In this document: one piece after another, positions 24,422 to 36,566 of the stretch | Position numbering within the stretch: the first letter of the stretch is position 1 | Layout of the letters: each line of letters starts with the position of its first letter | From: Fistulifera solaris | Lineage: Eukaryota | Assembly (NCBI GenBank): GCA_030295235.1 | Contig: AP026139.1 | Coordinates: forward strand, 496,001 to 560,000 | Length of the DNA: 64,000 nucleotides | Direction: 5' to 3' | The notes under the pieces: model-generated | What the model saw: the letters and a program-made list of their open reading frames with translations, nothing else | What the model was told of the DNA's origin: nothing | The model's database searches: none | Made by a program: the position numbers and the translations under genes

Positions 24422-25429
24422 TTAGGGCGACTGCACGCGCCGTAGATCATTTAGGAGACCCTGAATAATTGGCGAATCGTCATGGGCTCCTGCTCTACGA
24501 TATATTTCCAGTGATGTTCGATAGAATACTTCGGCCTGCGGGAGGTCATCCTCCGCATCGAAAGCATTGGCCAAATTATGAGCGTCTCGGGCGACAAAAC
24601 AATGCTCTGTTCCAAATAGTTCTCTATGGATCACAAATACTTTGGCAAAGCAGTTTCTAGCCTGTCGTGCGTTTCCCGAGCACAAGAACACTTCTCCTAA
24701 ATGTTTCAATGTATCGACAGTATCCACATGGGTGGGTCCGAGTTCGCCTTCGCGAATCAGAAAAGCTTCAAATAAATGAGAAATACTTTCGTTCCATCGT
24801 GCCGAGTTACTGCATGCTTGACCTAAAAGATCCAGACATCGAGCACGAGCGATCGATTTTTGTAATACTCCAAACGTTTTTGCGGCCTTTTCGAGTATAG
24901 GAATGGCCTCATCATGCTGGTCTCGTTGTACTGCAACGTTCCCTGCGTGAAGCATGGATAGGGCTCGTCGGAATGCTGCCCTATGTTCGCTCCGATATTC
25001 GAGCATCACTTGGCGCTCGCGCTCTTGGTGCAAGTCAGCAATGTAAGTTTGCTCTACGAGAGGCAGTGTGTCGGGTGAAATTCGTTTGTAGGATACTTTA
25101 CGAGGAGCGATGGTAGATTCATTGTCCTCTTCTTGAATTCCTGGCCTCTTTATTCTCACTTTTTCTAGTGGAAATTTGTCTGCTAGATCAATTATTCGGA
25201 AACGAGCGGTTGATTCCACTTTTCGGTCTAACACGTCGAGTGCATGGGGGTTTGACATGTTGGTTACGGAAGACAATAAAGACGATGGCGTTACCGTTGA
25301 ACTGGCCGTAAGCTCATCTTCGAGTTGTCGTTTGAGCATTTGTGTTTGGGATTCGTTCATGTTTTTCACGTAGTATGGATATCTTGATTCGACCGCTTTC
25401 CTCGGATTATAGCGATTTGTTTCAGTCAT
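24422..25429 (-). CDS. TPR protein with kinesin-light-chain-like repeats
   Basis: LGPTHVDTVDTLKHLGEV and FGTEHCFVARDAHNLANA repeats. Confidence 0.85.
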   Translation of the reverse strand: MTETNRYNPRKAVESRYPYYVKNMNESQTQMLKRQLEDELTASSTVTPSSLLSSVTNMSNPHALDVLDRKVESTARFRIIDLADKFPLEKVRIKRPGIQEEDNESTIAPRKVSYKRISPDTLPLVEQTYIADLHQERERQVMLEYRSEHRAAFRRALSMLHAGNVAVQRDQHDEAIPILEKAAKTFGVLQKSIARARCLDLLGQACSNSARWNESISHLFEAFLIREGELGPTHVDTVDTLKHLGEVFLCSGNARQARNCFAKVFVIHRELFGTEHCFVARDAHNLANAFDAEDDLPQAEVFYRTSLEIYRRAGAHDDSPIIQGLLNDLRRVQSP

Positions 25430-25946
25430 GTCAACAAATCGGAAGTCTTTTCAACAGACTATTAACGGCAAAGAAGGGCTTTATCTTGGGTTCCTTGACT
25501 TCCGCTTGTCAAACTTGGCTCGCCGATGTCAATCGTGGTAACTTTAAGCAAAGAGGATTTACAATTATCGCTTTCGTGGGTTTGCTAAAAAGAAAAGATA
25601 GCCTTGATTTGCCGAACGGTTGAGTTGAAAAATTTTGTAAAGAAAAAGTCGTTCATTCATTGGCCGTTCCGTGTTCCGTGCGAAGGCAAATCTTTTGGTG
25701 TTTGATGGGCCGGATCGCGGATCTACCATCTATCGCTAGAGCGGTTGCATAACAGTGGTTAATAAGTATTTGAATTTACCATGTTACTCAATGTTCCATG
25801 GAAGGTGTGAACAGCTAAGTAAATGTAACGAGCCACTAATCAATTCATGTCAATACCGTTCATAATGTACCTTTTGTCGCTAATTACCCATACTTTTAAC
25901 TGATTCAACTGAAGTCAATTTCGGCCTTCTGGATTCGCTTGAATTT

Positions 25947-25992
25947 GACTTGGCTTGGCTTGGCTTGGCTTGGAGGCTGCTTGGCTTGCTTG
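25947..25992. repeat. (CTTGG)n pentanucleotide microsatellite
   Basis: cttggcttggcttggcttggcttgg followed by degenerate copies. Confidence 0.85.
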
Positions 25993-26087
25993 ATGCTTGA
26001 CATTTTCCCTTAATGTCTGCACGTCGTCCGATTGGCTGGGTACGAATAAAGTTTTCTTGCCAAGAGGTAACACAAACACTAAAATAT

Positions 26088-26119
26088 TTATTCCTAATTT
26101 CTTAAGGTCAGAATGTAAT
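26088..26119 (-). repeat. Third, 32-bp copy of the retroelement terminal motif
   Basis: ttattcctaatttcttaaggtcagaatgtaat has 2 mismatches to the sequences starting at 23847 and 52774. Confidence 0.8.
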
Positions 26120-26306
26120 AATACCCTTAAAAGAAAAATTACGTACTTGTAGGTTAGCTCCGTCATTCAGAGTTACTGAAGAACTTATCGTTAATCATTC
26201 GTCGTCCTCCAAAGCCAAAACATGTCCTAGAAGCTAAATTCGTCTTTATTCAAACTTTAGTTTATTTGTTCACTCTTGTTACAGGTCACTATCTAAAACA
26301 GTAAAA

Positions 26307-27849
26307 TTACACGGCTGCTCGAGCACCCCTTTTCATTTCCTTCAAGTTCTCAATATCCTGTACCAGTCGAATGATGGAAGGGTGATTCTTGTGCAAAGGT
26401 AACTTGTGGTAGATAACCCAAGCAGTGAGATAAAACTTCCTGGCCTCGTTGTAGTTACCAAGAGTGACAAGGACATTGGCGAGATCATGAGACGCAAGAG
26501 CAACACCGGGATGCGTTGCACCAAAAATTGATTTGCGCGACCAAAATACTTCTCGAAAGCACTTTAATGCACCTCTGGCGTCACCCAAGTGAAGGAGAGA
26601 AGATCCCAAATGATTTAGCGAATCAATTGTATCCACGTGTTGTTTACCTAGCTCCCGCTGCCTTATTAAGAATGATTCTTGAAAGCAGCAAATCGCTTTC
26701 CTCCAGTCCTTCTTCTTTTGAAAGCGATTCCCAGCAGATTTGCAGCAAGAGCAATTGCGACATCTTTCTTTTCAGCGCTCTAACGTCTTTCACAGAAAGT
26801 GCAAGTACCCCAATGGCTGCATCTAATCGCCCTCTTTTCAACTGAAGAGATCCCCATTTCACAAGTATGCGAGCTCGCCGTACAGAAGGTCGGGATCTGC
26901 TTAAAATCATTTCAAAACCCGCTTCGTCTCCGTTTGTGGGGTCCACCGGTTGGGTGCTTTCATGGTCTAATGGATACGCCAAACTCGCATCATCTACGAT
27001 ACGCTGAAATTCATTTTGGAAGGAATTCGTTGACAAAAATCCAGCGAAACTAGGTTCGATAGCTGCGAGTGAATCGAGTGGCGACTCAGAGGATGAAAAA
27101 TCCGACAAGTCAGCAAAGATTTCAGCAGAAGTGATGATCGATTTGTGCTGATCAGGTGACTCCACCGACGGATTTTGCTGTTTCTCTGCTTGTTGTGTGT
27201 GTTCACATGATACGTCAATCCGTGAGGACTCTGGCTCTTTTACACTGGACAATGAACTCGATGTTGTGGCGCCTTCCTCGTTGGGGCAGTCGTGTGTGAT
27301 ATTCGCACCTTGCTTCCATAACTGTTCCGGTGATACATTATGGTTAATCACGTCTTCTTCCCGAGGTATTTGCGGGCTTGTTGTTACGTCCGCTGTTGAC
27401 TCGAAAGCGGCGTTTCTATGAACTATTTCCCGATCGAAAAGTTCTGACGTACGCTCCAGCAATAACTCAACTCTTTGTTCGATTGAGGCATGGCAACATT
27501 CATCCGACTCCGTTGTTTCGGGGCTGCAGAACGCGTCGTCATCGACACTCTCGAACAAACAGCTTTCCGAGACACTACTCGCTGTTGAACGTAGTTCGTC
27601 TTGCGTAGTATTCGTTTCATCGTCCCTTCCATCTGCGTTATCGACGTTCATCCCATACAGCTCTTTTGGAAGGAACGAAATGGACTTTTTCGAGTGGTTG
27701 CTGCTCAGGGAAAGTGCAGGAAACTCCCCACAACTGGATGCTTTCCCGTTGTTTCGACTATTTGAAACCAACTCGCCTGTTTCCAGTTCGTCGATCCACA
27801 GAATATGGCCAGCCTGTCCGATAGGACTGTTTGGTAAAGGAATATTCAT
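26307..27849 (-). CDS. TPR protein with an acidic disordered N-terminus (indel near 26645)
   Basis: ORFs 26644-27849 and 26307-26636. HVDTIDSLNHLGS and FGATHPGVALASHDLANV are similar to the neighbouring TPR gene. Confidence 0.8.
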
Positions 27850-28325
27850 GGCCTTGCCTTGTATTCGAATTAGGAATTTGACATCATTTATTCGTGAAAC
27901 CTAAAAGAAAATGATTGATTGCTTCGCGGCACAGCTGCATTCTGGCGATCAACTTTCTTTGTCAGCGACGACAACGTGGGGAACCGCGAAACGCGTTCGC
28001 GCACTGTCCAAAAGAGTGTCTCTCCGAAGTAAGCTGTTGGTATAATACTACTATAAGTAGTACCGATGTTTTCTACCATAACACAGTGTGACATGTGAGC
28101 ACGTGCTTCCTTTTAATATCGGCTGTCGGCTGTACTCGGAGTATAACTTGTGTGAAACCGAACATTTACGGCAAATCGGCAATCGGCAAATCACGGCGGA
28201 GCTGCTTGGGATAAAGGGCCTGGAAAGTAAAGTTGAAACGACATGCGAGCAACTTCATGATGGTGACATGTTCAATATACGGGGTCATATCTATTTCTCA
28301 TAAAAAGAGCACATCCTAATACAAA

Positions 28326-30103
28326 ATGCCGTACACGTCGCATCTTCTGTTGCTTTTAGATACAATCATTAGTCAGGATGCTACCGAGATTGACTCGGTA
28401 ATGAGACTCGTGATAAATGAAATCTTAGCGGTTGGCATCCAAGTCAATAAGAGTGAGGTTGCTGACCCACTGCACTGCACAAATCATCTCTGTCGGGTCA
28501 TACATGCTCTTATGATGGCGAAACCCGGTGTTGAGAGAATCGCAAGCGCTAACGACGGGTCATTGCCTTTGCACTTTGCGGCTTCGTTGGGGAAACCGGA
28601 AGTAGCGCAGCTTTGCTCTCACAGGTGAGTTCCGTAGTATTGGATCTTTCTCCATTGAAGTGTATTTCGTTTTTCTTCTCATTTTCAGCTCCCGCATCTA
28701 GTATCCAGAAGCCGCTTATATTCCAAACAACAAAGGGAAGATCGCCCTTCACTATGCGGCGCGGGAAGGACGGATCCAGATGGTCCGCTTTTTTCTGCAT
28801 CATGTCCCGAGGACGGCAGCCATCCGCACAGACAAACAAAAGCTTGCCATCCATTTCGCGGCAGGCGATGGTCACACTGAAATTGTCCGTCATTTACTGG
28901 AAGTCTTTCCACAAGGCGCTAGTTTACCGTCCGCGAAAGGCAAGTTGGCGCTTCATTTTGCCGCTCGGTGGGACCATTTGGAAATTGCACAAGATCTTCA
29001 TATCGCATATCCGAATGGAGTGCGACAAGTCGACTTGGAAGGAAATTTGCCACTGCATGATGCAGCACGAGAAGGACAAGTCCGCATGGCGAGGTATTTG
29101 ATAGATCTGTATCCATCTGCTTTGTGCATAGCGAACATTCGCGACGAAGTGCCTTTGTTCCTCGCTGTCCGGGCCGGGAATATCGATTTAATAGTGTCCA
29201 TGATCCAAGCATGGCCTGGAGCTTGTAGACATGTTTTGCGACTGCTATCAGCCGATGATAGAGTGGAAGACTGGGATATTATAGAGCTACTACTTCGTGG
29301 CGCTGTTCTGAATTTTTATGACTGCTCTTTGTTCACAGAACATGAACCGTCTCGCGTCATTCTTCCATACGATATGGAGCTCATTACTAGCGTTGGTTCA
29401 GAGAAAACGAAAAAAAGGAAGAAAGTATCACCTGTTTATGATGCAAGTGCAATATATACAAATCAGTCGGCGCCGGAACTTGTTCCAACCGCAGCATCTA
29501 TCGAGGTTGCAAAGGGCTGACACGATGCAAGTCTCCCATCTTAATGGAAATAGAAGTTAGCCGAAAAAGAGAATGGCGCCGTTCGAAGTAGGGATGAAGA
29601 CAGCAAATAAGCCTTCACAGGCTTTTGATATTGACGATCTAAAGCGGACTGCGTCAGGTTCTGTGTTTTTACCCTTGCATGCAGCTCTGGCTGCCGGATC
29701 GTCCTTTCATGTTCTAGAGCGGGTATTTAAGATGTACCGAAATACAAGAAACGCGGTCGACAACGTAGGTCGGACGGCTTTGCACTGTGCGATGCAAATG
29801 GCCCACGACGACAAAACCATTCGTTTTATCATGGATAATATCGTGAGTCCTGAATCTGCCAGCGCACGTGATTTGTGCCATCGACTTCCACTTCATCTGG
29901 CTATCGCTTTCCAGGCCGACTCACGAATCGTGGAAGCACTGCTGGAAGCTTATCCTCCAGCCGGTGTCGAATTTTGTCGAAGTAGGAATGAGTGGTACAA
30001 CACGCTTCCTTTCCAAATGGCTGCAGAATACGGATGCGATCTCAGTATTGTGTATCGTCTGCTTCGCTCCGATCCCAGTTGTTTGGAAAAGGTAATATGC
30101 TAG
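28326..30103 (+). CDS. Ankyrin-repeat protein, with intron at about 28625-28689 and indels
   Basis: Repeated LPLHFAA, ALHFAARWDH, LPLHDAAREG, GRTALHCA and LPLHLAIA. The start is uncertain. Confidence 0.85.
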
Positions 30104-30276
30104 GGGGCTAACTGTTAATTAATGTAGTAGAATAGAAGAATCATAAATAAAGTTTTGTATAGCAGTATGTATCTCTACGCGCCATAAAGAGAGGATGCTG
30201 TTCTTCAGCTTCAGAAGCACCATGAAGGCCCATGCGCCTCTAATAAATGTTTCTCATCCGCGGAGCAATGTTTCTT

Positions 30277-30745
30277 TTATTGTCGCGTCACTTCTCCTTT
30301 GGATCGGTACACTTCGGCGACTTCCGGATCAACTTGTTTTAAGATAAATTCCATGGCTTCATCAAAGTTGGGGATGTTGCGCATTTCAAACTTGGCCCCG
30401 TCCCGCAAAAATGCCACCAAATCACCATCTCCAAACAATCGCTTGGCGGTGCGGATTTCCACAATGTCCGGGTAGACGATTTCGGCCATTTCTTTGCCAC
30501 CAATACCGGATGTGACACGAATACGACGCGTCGTAATTTTGTAGCGGACCCACGCTTGACGCGCCCAAGCGGCCGCCGCCGGAATGATCCCTACCACGGT
30601 CAAGATGGATACGGTGGGTGCAATCGTTTCGGTAATGGCCGGTGGTCCTTCGTAGAATGTTTCTTCGGGAGCCAAGGCGGCCTTGGGTTTGACTTGCTTC
30701 GAGGATGATTCGGAAGAACCTTTTCGTTTTCCGCGTTTGACCTGC

Positions 30746-30784
<39 letters not shown>

Positions 30785-31073
30785 AATAATTTGAGGTAAC
30801 GGATCCAAGGACTAAGAAATGCCATCACTCTAGTTTCACGTACTTTGGCAGCACCTCGTCCCAGCAATTCGGCCTTGTCAAGCAAATCGTCATCTTCGTC
30901 TTCGTCTTCGGCAGGCGCGGGAGGCATAAAGACTGCTTCCTGGTTCTCTTCGGCCCAAATTCGACTTGTGGATGTACATTTCGAACATCGGGTGAGCGAG
31001 GCAGGTTGTACAGAAAAGGCGCTGACGCAGGGCGTAGCAAAAGAAGAGCTGTTGTGAAAGTGAAGAACTTCAT
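30277..31073 (-). CDS. Plastid-targeted bacterial-PH (bPH_2-like) membrane protein, with a (CT)n-containing intron at about 30742-30835
   Basis: MKFFTFTT...VSA|FSV presequence (one indel). EETFYEGPP...WVRYKITTRRIRVTSGIGGKE..EIVY..I...GDGDLV..LRDGAKFEMR resembles cyanobacterial PH-domain proteins. Confidence 0.78.
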
Positions 31074-31635
31074 AATGTTTTTTCTCAAATGTTGATTGAA
31101 TTTAATTTGAATTCTGAATTGTGAGGGCGTGGATGTTATCGTAGAATGAATAGGCTGATGCGTCTTTTAGAGCGTTTTATGTTCTGACTTGTTTTTCCTA
31201 TCATCAGCGTTTCAATACTCCAGTATGTTTTGGAATGAGAGATGACCGACATGTCGTATGTCGTATGTCGTTTCACAAAAATGCGATCACCTTACCAAAA
31301 AAATAAACGTCCGTATGCGAACCACGTCATCTTCTGTCTGGTCGTCGTACCCACCTTTTGGCCCATCTTTGTGTCGTACCGGTGTCTTTCAAGAACATCC
31401 TCACCGTTCGGCACGAACCTTGGGGAATTTCTTGACGGCTCTTTGGACCTCCCACGAAGTCGCACGCCATAACCTCCTGGTAATATTAACACCATTGGCG
31501 CCGTAAACAGTTCAATAAAGTATCACAACACAAAATCAAAAGGGAGTCGGAGAACATATTTCGTTCTTCGTTAACATATTTCGTTCTTCGTTTTGTAATC
31601 ATTCGACTTTTGCTATCCAACAAAACCAAACGAAT

Positions 31636-32054
31636 ATGGCAGCGTCTTCTCCGACCTACTATGTCAGTATCACCGGATTGCAACTGAAATCCATCTTTCA
31701 CGCTCCTTTGTTCTGGTATCATGCGATTCCATCCATGATACAAGCCAGATCATCTCCCGGAAACATAGTGCCGATGCCTTTGCTCACAAAGGCATTCAGC
31801 ACACGGTCTCGGTGTGGACCGACCGGGCTAGTATGTTACAGTATCTGCGACAAGGAGCTCATTTACAGGCCATGAAAGTCTTTGATACCGTCAGTGGTTA
31901 TGGCAAAATATATGGTTACGAAACCGATTGTATTCCCATCAATCAAGAAGAAATTTTGGAAATTTGGGAGAAACATGGTAGGGTGGTATTGGGAAAAGAG
32001 ATAAACCAGGTGATAGTGAGGGAAATGCCAAGCGAGTCGTTTCTTAAGACATGA
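31636..32054 (+). CDS. Small DUF3291/monooxygenase-like alpha-beta protein (indel near 31768)
   Basis: YYVSITGLQLKS..HAPLFWYHAIPSMIQARSSPGN joins to HTVSVWTDRASMLQYLRQGAHLQAMKVF. Confidence 0.6.
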
Positions 32055-32117
32055 TTATTTTTGACGCGATTATGAGCGATTAAAATGTCTTTTTTAATCA
32101 AAAAAATTGTAAGGCGA

Positions 32118-33946
32118 TCAGCGACTATTCCTTCGGGCGAGTCGCTGATTCCTTGTAGCAGCAGAAGAATAATTCAAAATTTCATCTTGTTCCGATAGCA
32201 TTGATTGCTTCTCGTTGTCAAAATTGTGATGCCCCAGACTTATCAAAGAAATCGCGTCTTCCGAGCTGGATGACTTGCTCACGTACTCGGTCTGATGGGC
32301 CCATGATGGTGCCGTGCCATTCAAACAAAATATCAAATACAAAAGAACGACTACACCGAGGTACAAGCCGAGCAGTAACAAACCAAACACTTCCAACTGC
32401 GCTATCAAATACCAGTTGACCGCCATGCCGAGACATGGTATCAATGGCACCCAGGGTGTTTGAAAGTAATGACTGTCGGGAAAGGGTGCGCTGCTCGAGA
32501 CGTTGCCACTTTGGTTACAATGCAGTAGAGTGCCGCCAAATTGCGTTGATGCCGGGCATTGGAATGTCATGTACACGAGTGTCAGAGCTGCCGACAAGGC
32601 CGTGAACACGGCCAGGGCGGTTTGCACGACCCACCATGTTTCGTGTGAAACCAAAATGGCGGTCAAAAAACACAAGACATTGTATCCGATTAGATACCGT
32701 TCCAGTAACCCTGGATCACTCGGGGTGATTCTCGTCGTAATACTACTAAACTGGCATCCGTGAGCGAAAATGCTACCAAAATTCCGGCCGAAATCAGATC
32801 ATTCAAATAGGTGAAGGGCACAAAGGCCGCCAACAAGGTCATGGCAGTTCCTTGAATGAAAGTACCCATTACTAGATTTCCGTGGACATCCGTTTGAGCA
32901 AAGATGGCGGGCAACAATCCATCTTGTGCCATACCGTAGGTCAAACGAGGTTGTGCCAATAAGGAAATCAAGACCACGACAGGTAGAGTAACAATTTCTC
33001 CCCACGCCGCAATTTCGGCTGCCCATTCGACATGACGCGATCGAAAGGCACTGGGGAAACCTGAAGTCGGGGAAATGTCCTGCGGATCTTCCACCATACT
33101 GGTGAGAGCGATAGATGCCGTCACATAGGTTATTGTGACCAACCCAAGTGTTCCTAGCACTGCACGTGGCATATCACGGACGGGATTCTTGGCTTCTCCC
33201 GCCACACAACAGACTTCGTCGTAACCCAGATATCCAAAGAAGCTACTTGTAGCTCCACGCAGTATACCAGCGGTAGGCATTGATGACTGGTGGCTGTTGT
33301 TGTGGGTACGTGTCGTGCTCAACCAAAATCCTCCCACAATCATAAAGAAAACAAGCAGCATCTTCATCATCGTAATGAAGTTGGTGGCCGTCTTCGATTC
33401 TTTCACTCCTTTCACCAACAGCAAAGTCGATAAAGCGGAAATCAACAATGCCGGAACATTCATCCAGCTCGATGATAATGATGATGATGATGATGATGAT
33501 GATTCATTCGGAGCATCCCCCGAAAAAATGACCAAAAGGACTTTATCACCCCATGACCGTGCCACAGCTGCACCCGCGATACCGTATTCCAGAGTGAGAC
33601 AGGCAGCGGCTACGATGGCCGCCAATTGTCCAAAACACACGTACGCATACGCATACGAAGAGCCCGCGGCCGGAATGCGACCACTGAGTTCGGCAAAACA
33701 AACGCCACTACACGTGGCGGCGAGGCCCGATACCGCAAAACTACACCATGTCCACGTCCCCGCATATTGAGCGGCAATTTGACCCGTCAATACAAAGATA
33801 CCACTGCCGACAGTCCCTCCGACACCAATGCCCAGTAAATCCCACACTGTTAAATGCCGATGCAGTTGTTGCTGCTCGTTCTGGTCGTGCTGATAGACGG
33901 CGTGCAATGGTTTTCGAATCCACGGTGAATTGGGTGAAATTGACAT
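32118..33946 (-). CDS. Cationic amino acid transporter (APC family), indel near 32715
   Basis: GVGGTVGSGIFVLTG, FAELSGRIPAAGSSYAY, GYDEVCCVAGEAKNP and the C-terminal FQTPWVPLIP. Confidence 0.93.
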
Positions 33947-34281
33947 TCGAAATAAGATTCGCTATGGGCTTTTGGAAGAAAGTAGATCGTTGTGTTCATG
34001 ACGAATGTTATTGAAAAACAAATAGGAGTAAGAAGAGAAAATAATTAGCAATGCATGTTGCCGTGTTTGACGCACTATCAATCCACGTCTGTCTGTGCGA
34101 CAGTGTCGTTTTACTATAAGGTCAAATGTAGGCGCCCTTTCCTCACGATTGAACGAATCTTTAGTCCCGGAAAAGTTCGACTGCCCTTCCAGAGTTTCAT
34201 TCGATAAAAAAAAAAGATACGTTACGGCAATTGAAATCCATACAACTCTCATGTTACCAAATTATTTATCATTCTATGGGC

Positions 34282-35834
34282 TTATCGGTTCGAAGAGGCT
34301 CGAGTTCGCCATTGACGAGCGAACTTTTGCACTTTTTCGGCTTGAGCGTAGTCGACGAAAATCAAGGAGCGTTTCTCGGAACTCCACGCGTGTGCTCCCT
34401 TGGATTGGGAAAATTGAACCACGGCAGAAAATTCACCCTCCATAAGACATTGGTGCTGATAGACTTCGGTCAGTCGGACACGGGATCGTTCCCGGTCCCA
34501 TAACCAGATTTGGTCCACGACATTGGCCGGGATGGGACTACTGAAGGCGCTCCCCACATTGACCACATTACTAGCGGATCGCAAATTGGGATGGGAATGC
34601 TTTTCCAAGAAACGCAAGATTTGTCGGGCCTGTATACCCAGATTGAAGGCAGATGTGACGGAATCGCGGGTCATGTGCATAATCACAATATTGGGTAAGC
34701 GGCGGATGGTGCCCACGTCACAAAACAGACCCAACATGGCCAAGTGCAAGGGACTGGTCGTGTAGGCGCAGACTTGAAAGTTTGTTTGTACAATAATGGC
34801 TAAATGTGAACTTTCTTTGGGGCGCGGATCGGCTAAAGCAGCATCGAGCGCCTTGGTTGAGAGGGAAAAGAGCGATGACGATGCACTATCCGTTTCGTCG
34901 TTGTCAACAATCTGCAAAGCAATACGAGTCGGATAAAAGACCGTCGCCTTGCCAATTTTGCGTGTATACAGTAGTCCAAACAATGCCAAGTGCTTGACCA
35001 TGGTCCGAGAATCTTTGTTCAAAGCGCTGGCCAAGTAAGGTTCGCCGACACGGGCAAAAGATAGGCATATCAGCAATAAGAGAGCTTCGCGGACAAGATT
35101 TTGGCCGTTGTCTTGCTTTTGTAAGGATTTTAGGTACTGCACGAGAAAGTGCCACACTTGTTGGTGGTTGTCTTGCAGCATGAAATCGTAGCCAGTCTGT
35201 GTGATGACGAGGGGGCATCGTCCTCGGGTCCATTAAAATCGGGATCGGGTTGCATCAAACCCGTCTGCAACAAGAAATGGACGACAGCAGCGGGAGGTTC
35301 TTCTCGTCCCGTACTTCCTACCAGAAAATGCAGCACATCATCCCAAACATGTTGCGTGTAACGTTCTAAATCTTCCATCGTCACTGATTTGTGTGATTCT
35401 GCCGCTTCTTCCTCGAGCGCTTTCAATTGAATGGGTTGTAATGAATTCCACGGAGCCGTACTTAAACAGCGCATTGATTCTTGTAAACCTTTCAGAAATT
35501 GTGGTGTCATTCGCATTAGTTTTCCTTCCAGATCCGAGGAAACTAGTTGCTCCGAGAGTATACCCCATTCGTACAATTCGAGAAAGATAGTATCCTGCTG
35601 TTTGGGTTTCAAGGCCGTCCATACTTGAACTCCGACCGCCGGAAATTCTCCCGCACAACACGCAAGCCTCACGACCACTTGTTGTGTCACCAAACTGAGT
35701 TGTTGCAACACGGCTCGACAAACAAATCGACCACGCTTTTCTTCTTCGTACAATCCGATTAACACGTCCTTGGGGAGAACATAACGTAGAAAATCCATCA
35801 CTCCCACCGTCGCGCGGCGTCCATCTTTGGGCAT
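34282..35834 (-). CDS. TFB2: TFIIH subunit Tfb2/p52 (indel in a C-run near 35212)
   Basis: WDDVLHFLVG, ITQTGYDFMLQD..QQVW, IIVQTNFQVCAYT, TRDSV..AF..GI.A.QI..FL..H and IPANVVDQIWLWDRERSR. Confidence 0.93.
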
Positions 35835-36063
35835 TCTTGCTTTTGTATTGATGTATTCACAAAAAAAGAGAAATAGATGAATAAATCAACAAATAATGAA
35901 TAGATTGTCAATATATATATTCAGCAAGCGGTGCCTTTTTTTTTCGAACAGGATGAAAGCAAATAAAAGAAGATAGCTCACGTCGTCTGTCGTCTCCGGA
36001 TTCCGGATCTCCTCCATCGTTCGGACAAATGACGGACTGCGCCCTGAAACAAATAAATAGTTC

Positions 36064-36394
36064 TAGACCTCTGTCCGTTCTCCGTTTAACAGGGAATTCC
36101 CAACTGGGATCCCAGTTCAATTCCCTTCCTCGTTCATTTTCCCAATTCCCTGTTTAACAGGGAATGAGTGGTGGACGTCTGACCGGCAATCAGAGACCTT
36201 TATTCCTTTGTTTGCGCGGTAAATCAACAGAAAATCTCTAATCTAAAGCGTTAAGGATTAGGGACTGACTACCATATTTCGTAAACGGGACTCATTAATG
36301 CGAACAGGGAATGCTCCCAGTTCACTCCTTGTTCGATCAAAATCCCTGTTCACTCCCTCCCTGTTGGAGTGAACTGGGAACGGACAGAGGTCTA
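36064..36394. mobile_element. Non-autonomous DNA transposon (MITE), probably hAT-type
   Basis: Perfect 17-bp TIR TAGACCTCTGTCCGTTC / GAACGGACAGAGGTCTA, flanked by the 8-bp direct repeat AATAGTTC (36056-36063 and 36395-36402). Subterminal ACAGGGAAT and CCCAGTTCA repeats are present and there is no transposase ORF. Confidence 0.92.
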
Positions 36395-36566
36395 AATAGT
36401 TCTAGGATTGACTCTATGAAGGATTGTACACGAGGCATTTGCGGTTTCTATTGTGACTTTTGGCTACCGCATGTCTTTTTTTTTCGCGCACCAAAGCGAT
36501 TTTTCCTTTCAAACGAATAATAAATAATAATAACTTCTGCGGTTTCTTCTGATTAATAAAGCCAAC

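Noticed and set aside
31554..31592. Short tandem duplication acatatttcgttcttcgtt
   Set aside because: Only two copies, most likely local slippage with no further structure.
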